A program made the position numbers and the translations under genes. A stretch of DNA of 64,000 nt from Amoebophrya sp. A120. Lineage: Eukaryota > Protista > Dinoflagellata. How positions within the stretch are numbered: the first letter of the stretch is position 1; each line of letters begins with the position of its first letter. This document shows, in pieces, positions 47,791 through 59,900 of this stretch. The notes beneath the pieces were generated by a model. It was not told the DNA's origin, did no database searches, and saw only the letters and a list, made by a program, of their open reading frames with translations. Location of the stretch: positions 1,224,913 through 1,288,912 of the forward strand of contig CAJINV010000019.1 in assembly GCA_905178155.1 (NCBI GenBank), written 5' to 3'.

Positions 47791-50700
47791 ATGAGGCACC
47801 AGCACGACCACAAGAAAAGGTTCACTTACGTCAGACTTCTTCACCTCCCAGAGACCAAGCTCGCGATGCCCTGCCGCCTCATGCACCGGAACGTCCCGAC
47901 TTTCCGGAAAGAAGTGAGAAAGGTACTGCTAGTACCGCAGAAAAAATTTCATTTCTCGACCCGCGTCCTCGTTTTCCTTTCCGCCCTGAGCCTCTTGCTT
48001 TTTGTTTTTTCAGCCCGCGGACAAGAGGTTAACAAAGCAAGTGCAAGAGATGAACCTGCAAAAGCTGGAACTGCTGGGGTCCGCGAACTACTTGTGTCAG
48101 ACGCTCATCAACGACCACCTGAGCACGCTTCTAGCGGCCGCGCACTCTCCACCACCTTCGCAGAAAACGAGGTACATTTTAAGTATCAAGCGGCTGATAG
48201 TGTGGGGGAAGTTTATCCTGAGTAAAAACGTACCCACACCAGAGTCAGGATGGGGATTTTGCAACACAAACCTAGGAGTTTTGTGAGTCACGCATGACAA
48301 GTTGCACTCTGCAGTGTAGTGCAGGTTAGCAAGTGCAGCCGCGTCACAGATTCATCTGCTCATCCTGTTCACAGCATCACAAATTCCAAAACACGATTGA
48401 AAATGGCTCTCATGCGGATGCGCATTACAAGTCTTCCTGTCTTTGCAAATCTGCATTACAACTCTGGCGTGGCTACGTTTTTCCTCAGGATAAAGTTTAT
48501 TGGTGCCTCAGCTGCGGGATGTACCGGATCACTGGTGCGAAGAAGCACAGAAGTGATAGTACGGAGAGGGAGAACAAAGTTTACGGAAAAACAAACACAA
48601 AAACCGCGGTTTCCGTCGTGCTGCATGCAAAGGAGAGGAAAATTTTTACCATGTTCCACGCGGAACGGGCCTCTGAAGGCGTTGGAGACCAACATCACGA
48701 GGACAACGTCTTCGGGAAAGCCGAAGACCGCGCGTCCGTACGCCAGTGCCTGTGGTACCCCTTTCCCGGCGGGGGTGCGGCGGGGGAACGAGGTGAACAG
48801 GAGAAGGATGAGTTTGTTTCTTCGTCATCAGCATCACAAACAGTGCTTGGCGCGGAAAAGAAAGCGCTGAGAGAGATCCAACAGAACCTTGTGAGAGCTT
48901 GGGATAAAGAAAGCAAGGACAAAGCTGGAGCTGCTTCCGGTACTAGTAGTGCATCAGACGTCGTCGACTTCGAAGCAGATGAGCCTAGAAATTCCCTCGT
49001 CCTTCCCTGGGTGCGCGGGAAGGAAATTCGAATAGAAACAACACGACCGCCGGATAGTGGGGAGGAAGCGCCGTCATATTTCTCCTTCGCCAACTCCGCT
49101 GCATTGACGCAACCGCAAGGAAGTAGAAATCAGAGGAACAAAGAGCTTCTGACCACGAAGAAAATCACGATTTTGAAGCGAACCAAGAGAACGAATTCAT
49201 CTGCAGCAGGAGACAACAGCTCACGTACTACAGGGTCCTCTACTACACCAGCAGCTCCAGCTGCAGGAGATCAACATGATAATAAGCTTACAGAGTCCTC
49301 TACTTCTACTCCGCCTTCCTTCTACACTGCGACGGAGTACCAATCCGTTTTCGACGAGAACGAGAACTACTCGCCGCCCTTCCTGCCAAAACTCGATCCC
49401 CGGAACATTTTTGACAGTGACTGCGAGCGGTACTCGGAGCTTTTGCACGGGGAAATCCTGGCGCATTTCGGCTTGAGTGGATTGGGCAGCGACAGGTCAC
49501 TCGCACTGCTGGACTTGGTGGCCGCTTTTGATAGTGCAGCTGGTGATGTCCTCGACGGCCGTGGTGGTGGTGGGTCAACACCATCTTCTGCCAGTGAAAA
49601 GGTAAATATCTTCCAGCCAGAAGTACTGGCAGCGGCTGGGCTGGCGCTGCCGGGCGAACTGGCCGTCGTGCTGCAGGATCCGGATATCAAATGTAAAAAT
49701 GTCTGGGTCTGGAAGATTGCCAGGTTTGTCATGCATATTCTGAATGACCCTGACCCATGATGTCTGTGATGCATGCCCTAGCGTCACAGATTTTTAGAGG
49801 ACTTTGCGATGCCTCTACCGCATGAGAGAAGCCCTCCCCGTGTAGCACAAACTGGAGTCCTTTTGCTAGGCATGCAATAGAGATTTTTTTGGAATCGAAA
49901 GACAGCGTCACAGGTTACCACCTTCCAGACCCAGACATTTTCACATTTGATACCAAAAATGCCGGCACAATTTCTCCCATTAAATTTCGCCGCGGGTCAG
50001 AACTTCAGCATGCGCTTCGATTACGAATCAGAAGAGATTCTGCTCGGGACGATGAACCGAAAAGGGGATAATTATTTACCGGATGTCGCCAATCATCCAG
50101 TTCCAGCGGGAGGATTTGATGAAAACGTAGTTCTTGAGAAGAAAGTATCCAAGGGCGAATTGCTGGCGGTCAACAAGTACAGCGTTCCGCGGTCTTCAAG
50201 AACGACGCCGCCTTCGGATTCTCACGACGGAACAGAAGAAGTCAAGGGCTCGCCACAACAACTTTTCCGGCGCGTGAAGCTGAACGTCCAGTATTCCCCC
50301 ATCAAGACTCTGACACTACTACTCACGGAAGAGGGCGAGGTTTTCACGAACCTTGCGACGAAATTGGACGACATCGACCCGGTGTCCGGGAAAAACGCCG
50401 GCCAGACGGACAATGTTTGCGCGGAGACGAGTAGTAGAACTACGGATGAATATGATCAACAGTATGATGGCAGCATCAATCAAGGAGCTTTGTCGGACGA
50501 CGAGGACGACGAGGAAAGCAGTCTTTTCTTCCACCATGCAATTGCTGGAGCCGCAGGGTTATATCCTATGGGGCAAGGCGGGACCGGTGCAGCTGCTCTA
50601 TCTCTTGAAAACCAGCAGAGCCTATGGAAGTTTTGGGGCACGCAAACCGTGGACGACCTGGAGTGCGTCGGGTTTGAAGCCCATCTCTCCCGGAAGAGAA

Positions 50701-53700
50701 AACTGATTCTGTTTTTCGAGAAAGATGTCCTTGTCCAGATTGAGGTGCGGATTAGTGGGTCTACAGGACCACAAACGGGAGCAGGAGCGGCGGATGGAAG
50801 GGCCAAGATTTTGAGAACGCGGGTCAAGAATTTTAGGATTTCAACATCACTACCTGCTTTTGCAGAAAACCGAGATGAACAAGCGCCAAAAAGAACTCCT
50901 GTGCAATTTTCTTCATCCTTCCAGCTTCCCGAGTCCGAGTTTCAGCCGAAAGAAGAGTGGGGCTGCCGCAACTTCGAGCAGGAGGAGCGGGTTTTCAAGT
51001 CCCAAAACCTCCCTATGGAACTGTCAGGATTGAAATTGACAAAGTTGAAAAATTTGTGATGCATAAAACCGATACCAGTGGGAAGCCCAATTTCTAAGCG
51101 GTGCATGACAAATTTCGACGTCATCGAATTCCAGCTTCTCATGCTGTTTGGCGAAAGAAGGTATCCTTTGTCATTCTACTTTAGCAGCTCTATCCCAAAC
51201 CCGAAACAGGCTCACAGTCGACCTCTCTTGCAATCCCTGCAAGAGAGTCACTTCGTGCCTTGCATTTCATGCATCACAGATTAATATTTCAACTTTGTCG
51301 ATTTCAATCTTGACACACCCATACTCCCCCTGCCCGCGGAGCACTCCTACCAAAGTGTGATACTGGCGAAGAGTGCACGGCTGAAATCTTTAGCGTTCCA
51401 GGACTTGGAGAAAGCCGTGGGGGACGGCGGGGGAAGAAGAGGTGGAAGCGACGATCCGAGTAGAAATGATGGCGATCCACCCGACCATGCGAGGAGGACA
51501 GCATCATCATCGTCGTCTGACTCTCTCCTTGCAGGAGCCTTCAACTTCGAAAAGGCGCTTTTTGCGCTGCCCGGAGAGGTCGAGAAACTGACGAGGGTCC
51601 CGCTACCGCTATGAATTGCAAATATGTAGTCTGGGTCTGGTAACTTGTCATGGTAAATCTGAAGCATACAAAAATCTGTGTTGCATGAGTGCCAAAAGCT
51701 GTCCACTTTCGACCAAGTTCTGAGGCAGTTTCTCGCGCAGGATAGGCATGGTGGAGACCTCGCAGAGTCTGTCATGCTAAGTCCCGCATTCCAGACCTCA
51801 GCGGTCATGGAAAACCTGCATGACAAGTTGACACTCTTCCAGACCCAGACATATTTGCATTTGATAACCGCCCCAATTGAACGAGATCCAGCACCTCGAA
51901 TTTGACTACTCCGCGATAACGCACTCGCAAAAGGCACTGTCCCCCCGGTTCGTGAAATCGCACGGGCATTTCTTCATGAACGTGCCGAACGGGCTATCAC
52001 AATGAAAAACGCCCCCACCCCCGAACTTGGGAGCATTTGTATTGCAAACCTTTCCAACAGAAACACTCGCCCTCTTGCATCTAGCAGCATCACAGATTTC
52101 CAATCGTGAATAGCGAAAGTTTGTATTGCAACAGATCCCAGCAAGAGTGGCGCTTGTCATGCAAGCAATGCTATATACGCTTACGCTTACGCCTAGACTC
52201 TGCATCACAAAGATTCATATTCCTTTCATGCGTGACAAAAAGTTTTCATTCGGAAACTTCGCATCAAAAATTATTGCAACTTTGGGGGTGGGGGCATTTT
52301 TCACGGTAATACGGGCAGATGGCGTTAACTGCGAAGTCGGACACGGTTTTGTCGGAAAAACTTGGCTATCCTGTGCAAAAGTATCGTAGTCGTACTAATT
52401 GCAAATATGCATGACAAATCTCCTTCCTAAGGTAAAACAGCACTACAAATTCCACTTTTCTTATTGCTAAAATTAGTGATGCAATTTATACTAGTACGAT
52501 ACTTTTGCAATGCATATTGGCAAAGTCGACGCAACCTTCCTTGTCACAAACTACACCAACACCGGGCAACAGGAAATCGTGTCGAATGTCGCTTGGTCTT
52601 CAGGAGCTGCAGATGGAAGTAGAAGCAGTAGCACCAGCACAGCAGGAGCTTCACCTTCAACTACAAAGACCAAAACCGCGGAGTGTGTCGTGGAAAGTTT
52701 ACCCAGCCCGAGCTCTGCGGACATCGCGGATTTACGGCGGCAGGCGTCGTTTCGGGAGACGTTTGTCAAGGCCGTTGCACTGGTCGATCCCGCAAATGGT
52801 GCGGTCCGCGAGTGCAATTTGTTCTCTTTACAGATTGGGAAGGGGAGGATTCTGCACCTGTTTGTCGATGAGAAGGATCCGACAATTGTACGGAAAATCA
52901 TGCTGTTCCGCGGGCGACACCCCGACCAAGCGTTTTCCACGGTGGTTTTCCGGAATTGGAGAGTAGCTAGGCGGGAAAATGATGAAAGTGCAAATGCGCC
53001 CTCCGAGGAACTGCATAACGTGAAGTTTCTCCACCCGTCCCCGAGTTGGCACTGCCACAAGGTGGATACGAGTCAAGTAGGAGGAGAAGTAGAAGGCAGT
53101 GGGAGTGGCCCGGTGGAACTGGCATCAACATCCGAAGAAAATAAGCTTTCTCGCGAAGTAGATGATCACATCAAGATCCCACTGCACCACCGGTCCAGCG
53201 CTTTCAAAGACAGTCTGTTCGCGTTTTCCGGTGCTCTGGGGCAGTACCACTTGCTCGCGATTTATCACAGGAAAAAAGTGTTACAGTTACACATTTGTTG
53301 GAGTTTCTGCATCACAAAGTTGCTCGACATGGCAAAGAAAACCTGTGATGCGCAGACTATAAAGGAAAACACGTATGAAGTGAGGTTGGCAAGCATCTCC
53401 TGCATGACAGAGGTTGTCTGTCTTGCTTGTCTCCCATCAGAGTGTGTAACTGTAACACTTTTTTCTCACGATACGATTCCGCTTTTGTCCTTACCGGGGG
53501 AGCTGGATCTGCTCGTGAACAAAGACCGGGCGTTTGGACTCGACGCTGTGCGGGACTTATCCTTCTTCCATTTCGAATTTGCGGCGAGGAAGTACGATGG
53601 AGGAGGAGCGTCCTCGTTCGGAGCAGGATCTGGCGCCTCTTCCACCGCTTTATTTTCCAGAGAACCAGAACCACCAGGCAGAGGCATTGGTTCGCTCTTT

Positions 53701-56173
53701 CCGCTCTACCGCGGCCGACTGGCGGTGAATTTCGCGCGGAGGCTGTTCTACTTGACCGCACACAGCCGAGGTGCTGGTGGCTCAACGGCGGAAACGGCTT
53801 TGAGGCTTACAGTGGACGGCAGATACAACAGTAAATCCAAGGGAGTTTTCGTCGAGTTCAATGCCGCTGCGAAAAAACCGGGGAGAGCGTCAAGCTCGCC
53901 CTCGGCAGGCATACAAAACGGTGGAGAAGTCACCGAAAACGAGAACAACTACTGCTTTTCCTACGCATTAGAGGCAGACGGAGAACAAGATGGCACTTTT
54001 TCGGGCACAAAGCTCCTGCGCGAAATCGAAAAGAACGACAATAATTTTCTTCATTTCGTCGAATCCAGAACCATTCTCCTCAATGCGCGGGAAACGGAAT
54101 GCTACGTCTGGGCTTTAAATCTCGACAGAAAATCCAATAGTCTCCTCCTCTACATCTCCATCGAGGACGGGGACGTGGTGCAGGTTGAACATCCCAACAG
54201 CCGTATCCTGAGCAAAAACGTCCCCAGTTGCTAAATCTGCAACACAAATCCCCAGGAATTGGGAGTTGTGCATGACAAGTTTCCATCTGCAGTGTATGGC
54301 AAGGGAAGCAGCATGAGAAAGCCATTGATTTTGTCATCCTGTTTACGGCATTACAGATGCCAAAGCACGACTGGAAATGCCCTTCATGGGGATGCGCGTT
54401 ACAAATGTTCTTGTCATCGCACATTTGCATGACAAGTGGGAACGTTTTTGCAAAGGATAAGCCGTCAAGCGTTCGAAGTTTTTGATTTCGATCGGCACCC
54501 GGGGAAATTCGAGTTCAAAACGCCCTCGGTGGAGACCTGCCCGCCCGCGAAGGAAGACCGATTTCACTTGTTTGAGTCGCCCTTGGAGCTCGGCGCGCGG
54601 AGCAGCGACGAGGAGACAAGTGGGTCTTCTGGAATGATGTCGTCGTCGTCGACATCGTCGTTGTCCACCTCATCGTCTTCTGGACTGCAGACCCCTATTC
54701 TCGGCCCGGCGCTCTCCGCGTTGGAGCGAAGCGGCGTGAAAAACAGCGCACCACCAGTGAGTTTAATCGCGGCGCCGCTGGAATGGCCGAAGTTGGCGGA
54801 GCACTTTAGGAACCTGTGTGGTCCTCGTGGTCCTCGAGGAAGTGGCACATCAGAAACGAGCGACGATGAGGTGGGTACGACCGCGGAAGTAGGTGGAAAA
54901 AGCGACCCGTGCAGAGCAAACCGGGTGACAAGAAACGTAGCAACCTCCAAAACGGTGGTGACAGCGCCATCGCAGGAGGACCAAGCTGCGCATGAGCAAA
55001 CTGCTCAGCAACTACAACAGCAGACCGCTCAATCTGTGCAGCCAAATGCAGCTGCAGCCACCACAACAGCAAATGAAGAGTTAGTGGACGACAGTCCAGC
55101 CACTCTAAATGCCATCTCTACGTCAACCGAGGCCACCAGTGCGAGCGCCCGGGCGGTCGCGAACGCGCTGGATGGGCCGCCAGGATATGCATTGCAAATA
55201 TGTCTGGGTCTGGAAAGTTCCGATGCTAATGCCCGAATGATACGCAACCTGTATTAGGAGGCCGTGCATGTTCTTGACAAGTTTCTGAGCGGCTATGTCT
55301 TGCGTGAACCGCATGACAAGTGGCCTTTTTGCGTGACAAACAAGTGGCACTGTAGCGCGCCAAGCATGACAGACTTTTCTGTCTTGTCGGCCAAGCATGA
55401 CAGACTTGCATTCTTCCAGACATCCAGGGATATTTGCACTGGATACAGGAGACCATACTACAACCGCTCCATCCGACGATTTCCGTGGTCCGTTGTCCCA
55501 CTTGCTCTTCAATTCCGCTTTTCAATTCGATTTCACCAGTGTCTTCTCTCCCCAGTACGCCCAACACGAGCACAAAACCCAACTGACCAGCTTCGACGAA
55601 AACAGGAACCAAAAACCGGCAAAAAGCCACGGCACGGTTGTGGTTGATTACCAAAATAGACGGTTGTTCATCGACAGTTACGCCGACCATTTAGGGTCCG
55701 CGGGGACGGGGTACAACAGTAATGTGCAAACCCAGTTGCTATTGCAGGAAAACGGAAAACAATCGTTCACCTTTCTGAAGACCAGAAAGGGGGAGAAGTG
55801 TGTGGAGTTCGATTTGGAGAGAAATACTTTGAGTAAAGAAGCCAATATCGAAAACGGGTTTGGCCTTACGCATATGCGGGAGGATAAGAAGACGCAGACC
55901 TACCCGCATCTGCGCAAGTTCAACGTGCGGGACATCGTCGCCTATGCTGACGTAGAGTTGACCAGGTTGACGCACATGGAGATACCAAGACGAGGGGTGA
56001 ATGTGGATATCCGGAACTGGAGGAAGATTCCATCGAGTGGCGGGAGTGCTGACAATTTTCTCAGCCTGATCAAGCCAAAGCTGGCTTTTGACCCGGATAA
56101 TCAAAGTTGTGAAAAGTCGCCAACGGTGTTGACGCGGGCGCATTGGACCTTGGCGGATGTGTTTCTCGCATGA
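47791..56173 (+). CDS. Large (~2009 aa) probably secreted/membrane protein with four ependymin/LolA-fold-like repeats; 10 exons, all 9 introns are TIR elements
   Basis: Exons 47791-48213, 48498-49684, 49958-51013, 51329-51609, 51872-51994, 52317-52366, 52522-53262, 53479-54203, 54465-55185, 55451-56173 (6030 nt, one open frame). Hydrophobic segment VLVFLSALSLLLFVFSA near the N-terminus. The domain call is an inference. Confidence 0.8.
48214..48492. mobile_element. TIR introner, family C
   Basis: TATCCTGAGTAAAAACGTACCCAC / GTGGCTACGTTTTTCCTCAGGATA; perfect TSD AAGTT; homologous to 42944-43223. Confidence 0.95.
49685..49952. mobile_element. TIR introner, family A
   Basis: Family A TIRs; TSD CCGGA/CCAAA; frame restored. 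Confidence 0.92.
51014..51323. mobile_element. TIR introner, family G (~37-bp TIR)
   Basis: TATGGAACTGTCAGGATTGAAATTGACAAAGTTGAAA / TTTCAACTTTGTCGATTTCAATCTTGACACACCCATA; perfect TSD CTCCC. Confidence 0.93.
51610..51866. mobile_element. TIR introner, family A
   Basis: Family A TIRs; perfect TSD ACCGC; close to 62834-63098, same orientation. Confidence 0.95.
51995..52311. mobile_element. TIR introner, B-related
   Basis: TATCACAATGAAAAACGCCCCCACCCCC / GGGGGTGGGGGCATTTTTCACGGTAATA; perfect TSD CGGGC. Confidence 0.92.
52367..52516. mobile_element. Short TIR introner (150 bp), C-related
   Basis: TATCCTGTGCAAAAGTATCGTA / TACGATACTTTTGCAATGCATA; perfect TSD TTGGC. Confidence 0.92.
53263..53473. 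mobile_element. TIR introner, family D (211 bp; in frame, stop-free)
   Basis: TATCACAGGAAAAAAGTGTTACAGTTACACA / TGTGTAACTGTAACACTTTTTTCTCACGATA; perfect TSD CGATT. Confidence 0.93.
54204..54459. mobile_element. TIR introner, family C
   Basis: TATCCTGAGCAAAAACGTCCCCA / TGGGAACGTTTTTGCAAAGGATA; perfect TSD AGCCG. Confidence 0.93.
55186..55445. mobile_element. TIR introner, family A
   Basis: Family A left TIR; right TIR partly altered (TTCCAGACATCCAGGGATATTTGCACTGGATA); perfect TSD CAGGA. Confidence 0.93.
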
Positions 56174-56990
56174 TAGAGAACTACTACTGCAAGAAATAGA
56201 AAATATCTATTCCTTCGGGCAAAAAGTTTGGTGTATTGGAATCGGGAAAAATGAAACAACAGCACCTTCGCAGAAGATCTAGTGCAATTTTAGTGCTCCT
56301 CGCACACGGGCCCGGACTCGATCCCGCCTGGGTAAGAATGGCGCGAGTTGTGTGAAAAGATAGATTTGGTGGCTTGTTGATTTTTTTTGCGTTGGTGTTC
56401 TGGAAAAAGGAAAAATGCTCAATATTTTTGGGCTGCCGTGAAGATATCCACTGTAGATCCATTGTCGATCTTTTCACATCCTAAAACCCTTGGTTTACAA
56501 ACTAAGTTGCATACTCATAAACAGAAGTTCAAATAACTTTTGGGGGATCATGCGGTTTGCCAGCAGACGCCGTGTTTTCGCGACTACCACCTCTAGAGGC
56601 TTTTGCTTTCTCTCAAAGCTCCTGGCGTTGATTTTTGCGCGAGATACAGAAAATCTGTGACTAATTCCGAAGGCGGAACTCTGTTACGCTGTGCTCAAGA
56701 ACTTTCCCCCGAGCCCAAAGTCGGCAATTATTTTCACCATGTTCGTCTGGCATTCGGGTGCACTTGTTTGCACAGGGTGACGCATGCGTCAGGTGTATAA
56801 ATGCGGGCGGTACTACGTTGGCTTAAAAATAACAGGACCACATTTAGTACAGGAGTCACATTCGTCTGTTTTGCGCACAGAAATTCAATATCAACATCCT
56901 ATTGACATCAGCAGTAGAAAAAAAAAATTCAAACGACTACATAAACTTCACGCCACACTCGACCGACCAAAAATCAAGACAAAAGTCAAC

Positions 56991-59900
56991 ATGTCTCTCT
57001 TCCATTCCGTCGCTGTGCTCCTCCCGGAGGAGGTGCAGGACTTAGTTTGGGACTTTCTCCTCCCGACGGAAAAGCTCTACTACCCGCCAAAGACCATCAA
57101 GAATTACGTGGACGAGCACATGTACCAGATGCCGCCGAACCAGGTGCAGCAGTTGCTGCACAAACAAAAGCACTTTCCCCACCGACTGCAGGAACACGAG
57201 CGGCAGTTTCTGCAGCAGCGCGCGATGCAGCAATTTCAGCAGGACGAGATGGACAAGGCGTACGCAAAGGACCCGTGGAATTTGTCCGGTGGCAGCATGA
57301 TGGACTTCGATATCGGCTCCATGATGGACGCGCGCGACATGCAAAAATCGCTGCAGAAACTCCGCAGACAAGACTGGCGGTTTTTGGAGGAGGAAGGGAG
57401 TGGGAAGAAGATCACGGCGAATGATCATGCTGAAAACGACAAGAAGAAAACGCTCTCGTCGTCTATTGTTCCGCCCTTTCCGCCGAGGAAAAAATCGCTG
57501 GTGAAAAAGCAGTACCAGTACGAATTGCACCGGGTGGTTTTCGTCTCCCAGATGCAGAGGGCGGCGGGGCTGGACGCGGTCAGAATCAAGTTGGACGGGG
57601 TGAAGGCGAGCAACTTGCTGCAGGCGAACGAGCTGGAGATGGTGATGGTATCCAAAGGAAAAATCCCCCCACCCCATATCGAAATGGAAATCTGTGATGC
57701 GGGATTTGTGTACACAAATCGGCTTTGTATTGCAGGAAGGTATCGCGGCCAGATCCCCAGGCTATGCAGGGGCGTATCGGTCTAGTTGTTCAGCATGGCA
57801 AACGGCTCCGCTTTAGGCCCAACAGCATGACAAATCGCCTCCATAATGGGGGCGAAGCTTTTGCCCTTGTCTTCTTGCAAGACGCATGACATTTGTGACC
57901 TCAGCGTGTTGGGGGTGAGGGACCCCCAACGAGGCCTACGGATATCAGGTGGAATTAAGGCTCAAATCAGCAATGCAAATCTTCGGGAACTTTGCTTTTC
58001 AATATGGGGAGGGGGGATTTTTCACTTTGATAGATGGAGGGCACAGGTTTGAAAGAACCTCCTCAACCTTTTCTGACTCCAAACGACAAGAAGAAGCTCC
58101 AGGAAATCGCGAGAGACGTGAAAAAAAATCTCAAAGAGAGCGAAAAGGAGAAAGAGCGGCAGGCCCGGGAGCAGAAAGAGGACTGGGCAGAGATGCTGAT
58201 GCCCAATGCGGCCTTTTCCGGTCGTGGTAGTCACGAAGATGATGTTGACAATGCAGATGAACAAGAAGACTACCGCCCGGACACCAAATTCCCAGCGGAC
58301 ATGCTGCTGGAGTCTCTTCTATCCATCCGGCCATCCGGGTTCGGGGAAACGGACGACTTTTGCGCGGAACTCCTGCGGAGGGAAGGTTTTGCCTGCTCAC
58401 CAGAGGCGGTGGCGTTTTTTGACTACACAAAATATGTACAGCCAGCGCGAGTATTTGTTCACGAAGACCAAAAAACAGCACCGACTTGTAGCAGAAATCG
58501 GAATTTTTATCCAAAGAAGCAGACCGAGGTAGAGAACGAGCCGAAGACTCTGGTGTTGAAAGCGCGGATGCTTCTCGCTCAGAAAATTTCCAAAAAGTGC
58601 ATGGATGTCTTCTACCTGTGGCAGCATCAGCGCATGAAGGGCGGGGATCCGGACGACGGCTACCGCGTGGCGTGCGAGTTTGCGTTATCAAATGCAAATA
58701 TGTCTGGGTCTGGAAGATTCCGAGATTTGTGATGCAGTTTATCCAAGCTCCACCAAGTCTGCAATGCAGGGTCTAGCATCACAGGATCTGCAGCCCCTTG
58801 GTGATGCCTGTTCGACATGACAAATGCCATCTCAGCATGGCCAGAAATGGGCACCTTTTGCAAGTCGCGCAACACAGATTTTTGTACGATCCGCAACATG
58901 CATCACAAGTTCGAATCCTTCCAGACCCAGACATATTTGCAATGCATATGCGTGGGAGTGCTACAACTCGTTCGGGGTGACGGAGAAGCTGGAACAGGGG
59001 TTCGATGTGGTCGAGGTTGAGAAGAATGCGACAGTGGAACATCAAGGGAATCAGGCCGCGTACCGGCTGGTTTTCGACGTACACAAAGGAGCTCATCGTG
59101 CCAGTTCTCCTGGTGCCGACGTCGAAAACGCAGCAGATGTGCCGGCGAAGCAGAAGGCTGCACTATCAGAAACCGCGGTCAACACCACCAGTGCCGTGGC
59201 CAGTCCGTCGGATCATGTCAGTCCGGTTGATGAGGCTGTACAGCCCGCGGGAGGTGGGAATAAACGGGAAAGCGCGAAGACGGAACGAGATGAAGAAACT
59301 CCTGAGAAGAAAAAGGAATCTTCGTGCGGAAAATCTAAATCAGCGGCTCCAGATTGTGTTGGTGTAACAAGTTTCATTTATCCGGTCGCGCACTGCGTCA
59401 CTTGTGGTGCAGGCGGAACAGTTCCAGGGCGAGTTGTGAAGAACGAGACTTCTGCCGAAATAAACCTCTCCAGCAACAGAACGACACACAACCTGATTTC
59501 CCCTCTGATGCACTTCACGTGCCCGCCGTGCGGGAAGAAGTACGCCGTTTGCGACCAGATTTGTCAGAAGAAGTTTTGGAAGCTGCACAAGCAGAACCAC
59601 GACAAAGTGCAGCAGTTGTACTGTAGCAGCTGCGGGAAAGAGAAAGATGACCCATCGGAAGAGTTGAAGAAGTTTTCCTGTCAGGACGAGGATTTTTACG
59701 TGAAGGCCCCGCAGGGATTGGGCCAAAAATCCTTCACGTTCTACGCCTGCAACAAGAGCTGCCAGAAAAGTTTGTGGAAAAAGCACAAAGAGAGCGGGTA
59801 CAAGGCTCTAGTCGGGTTTTCTGCAGGGAAAAAGAAAGACCAAACGAAGATGAATAACGGGCTTTTCGCACCGAACAGCAGATCGGCAAGTACTTCTGAT

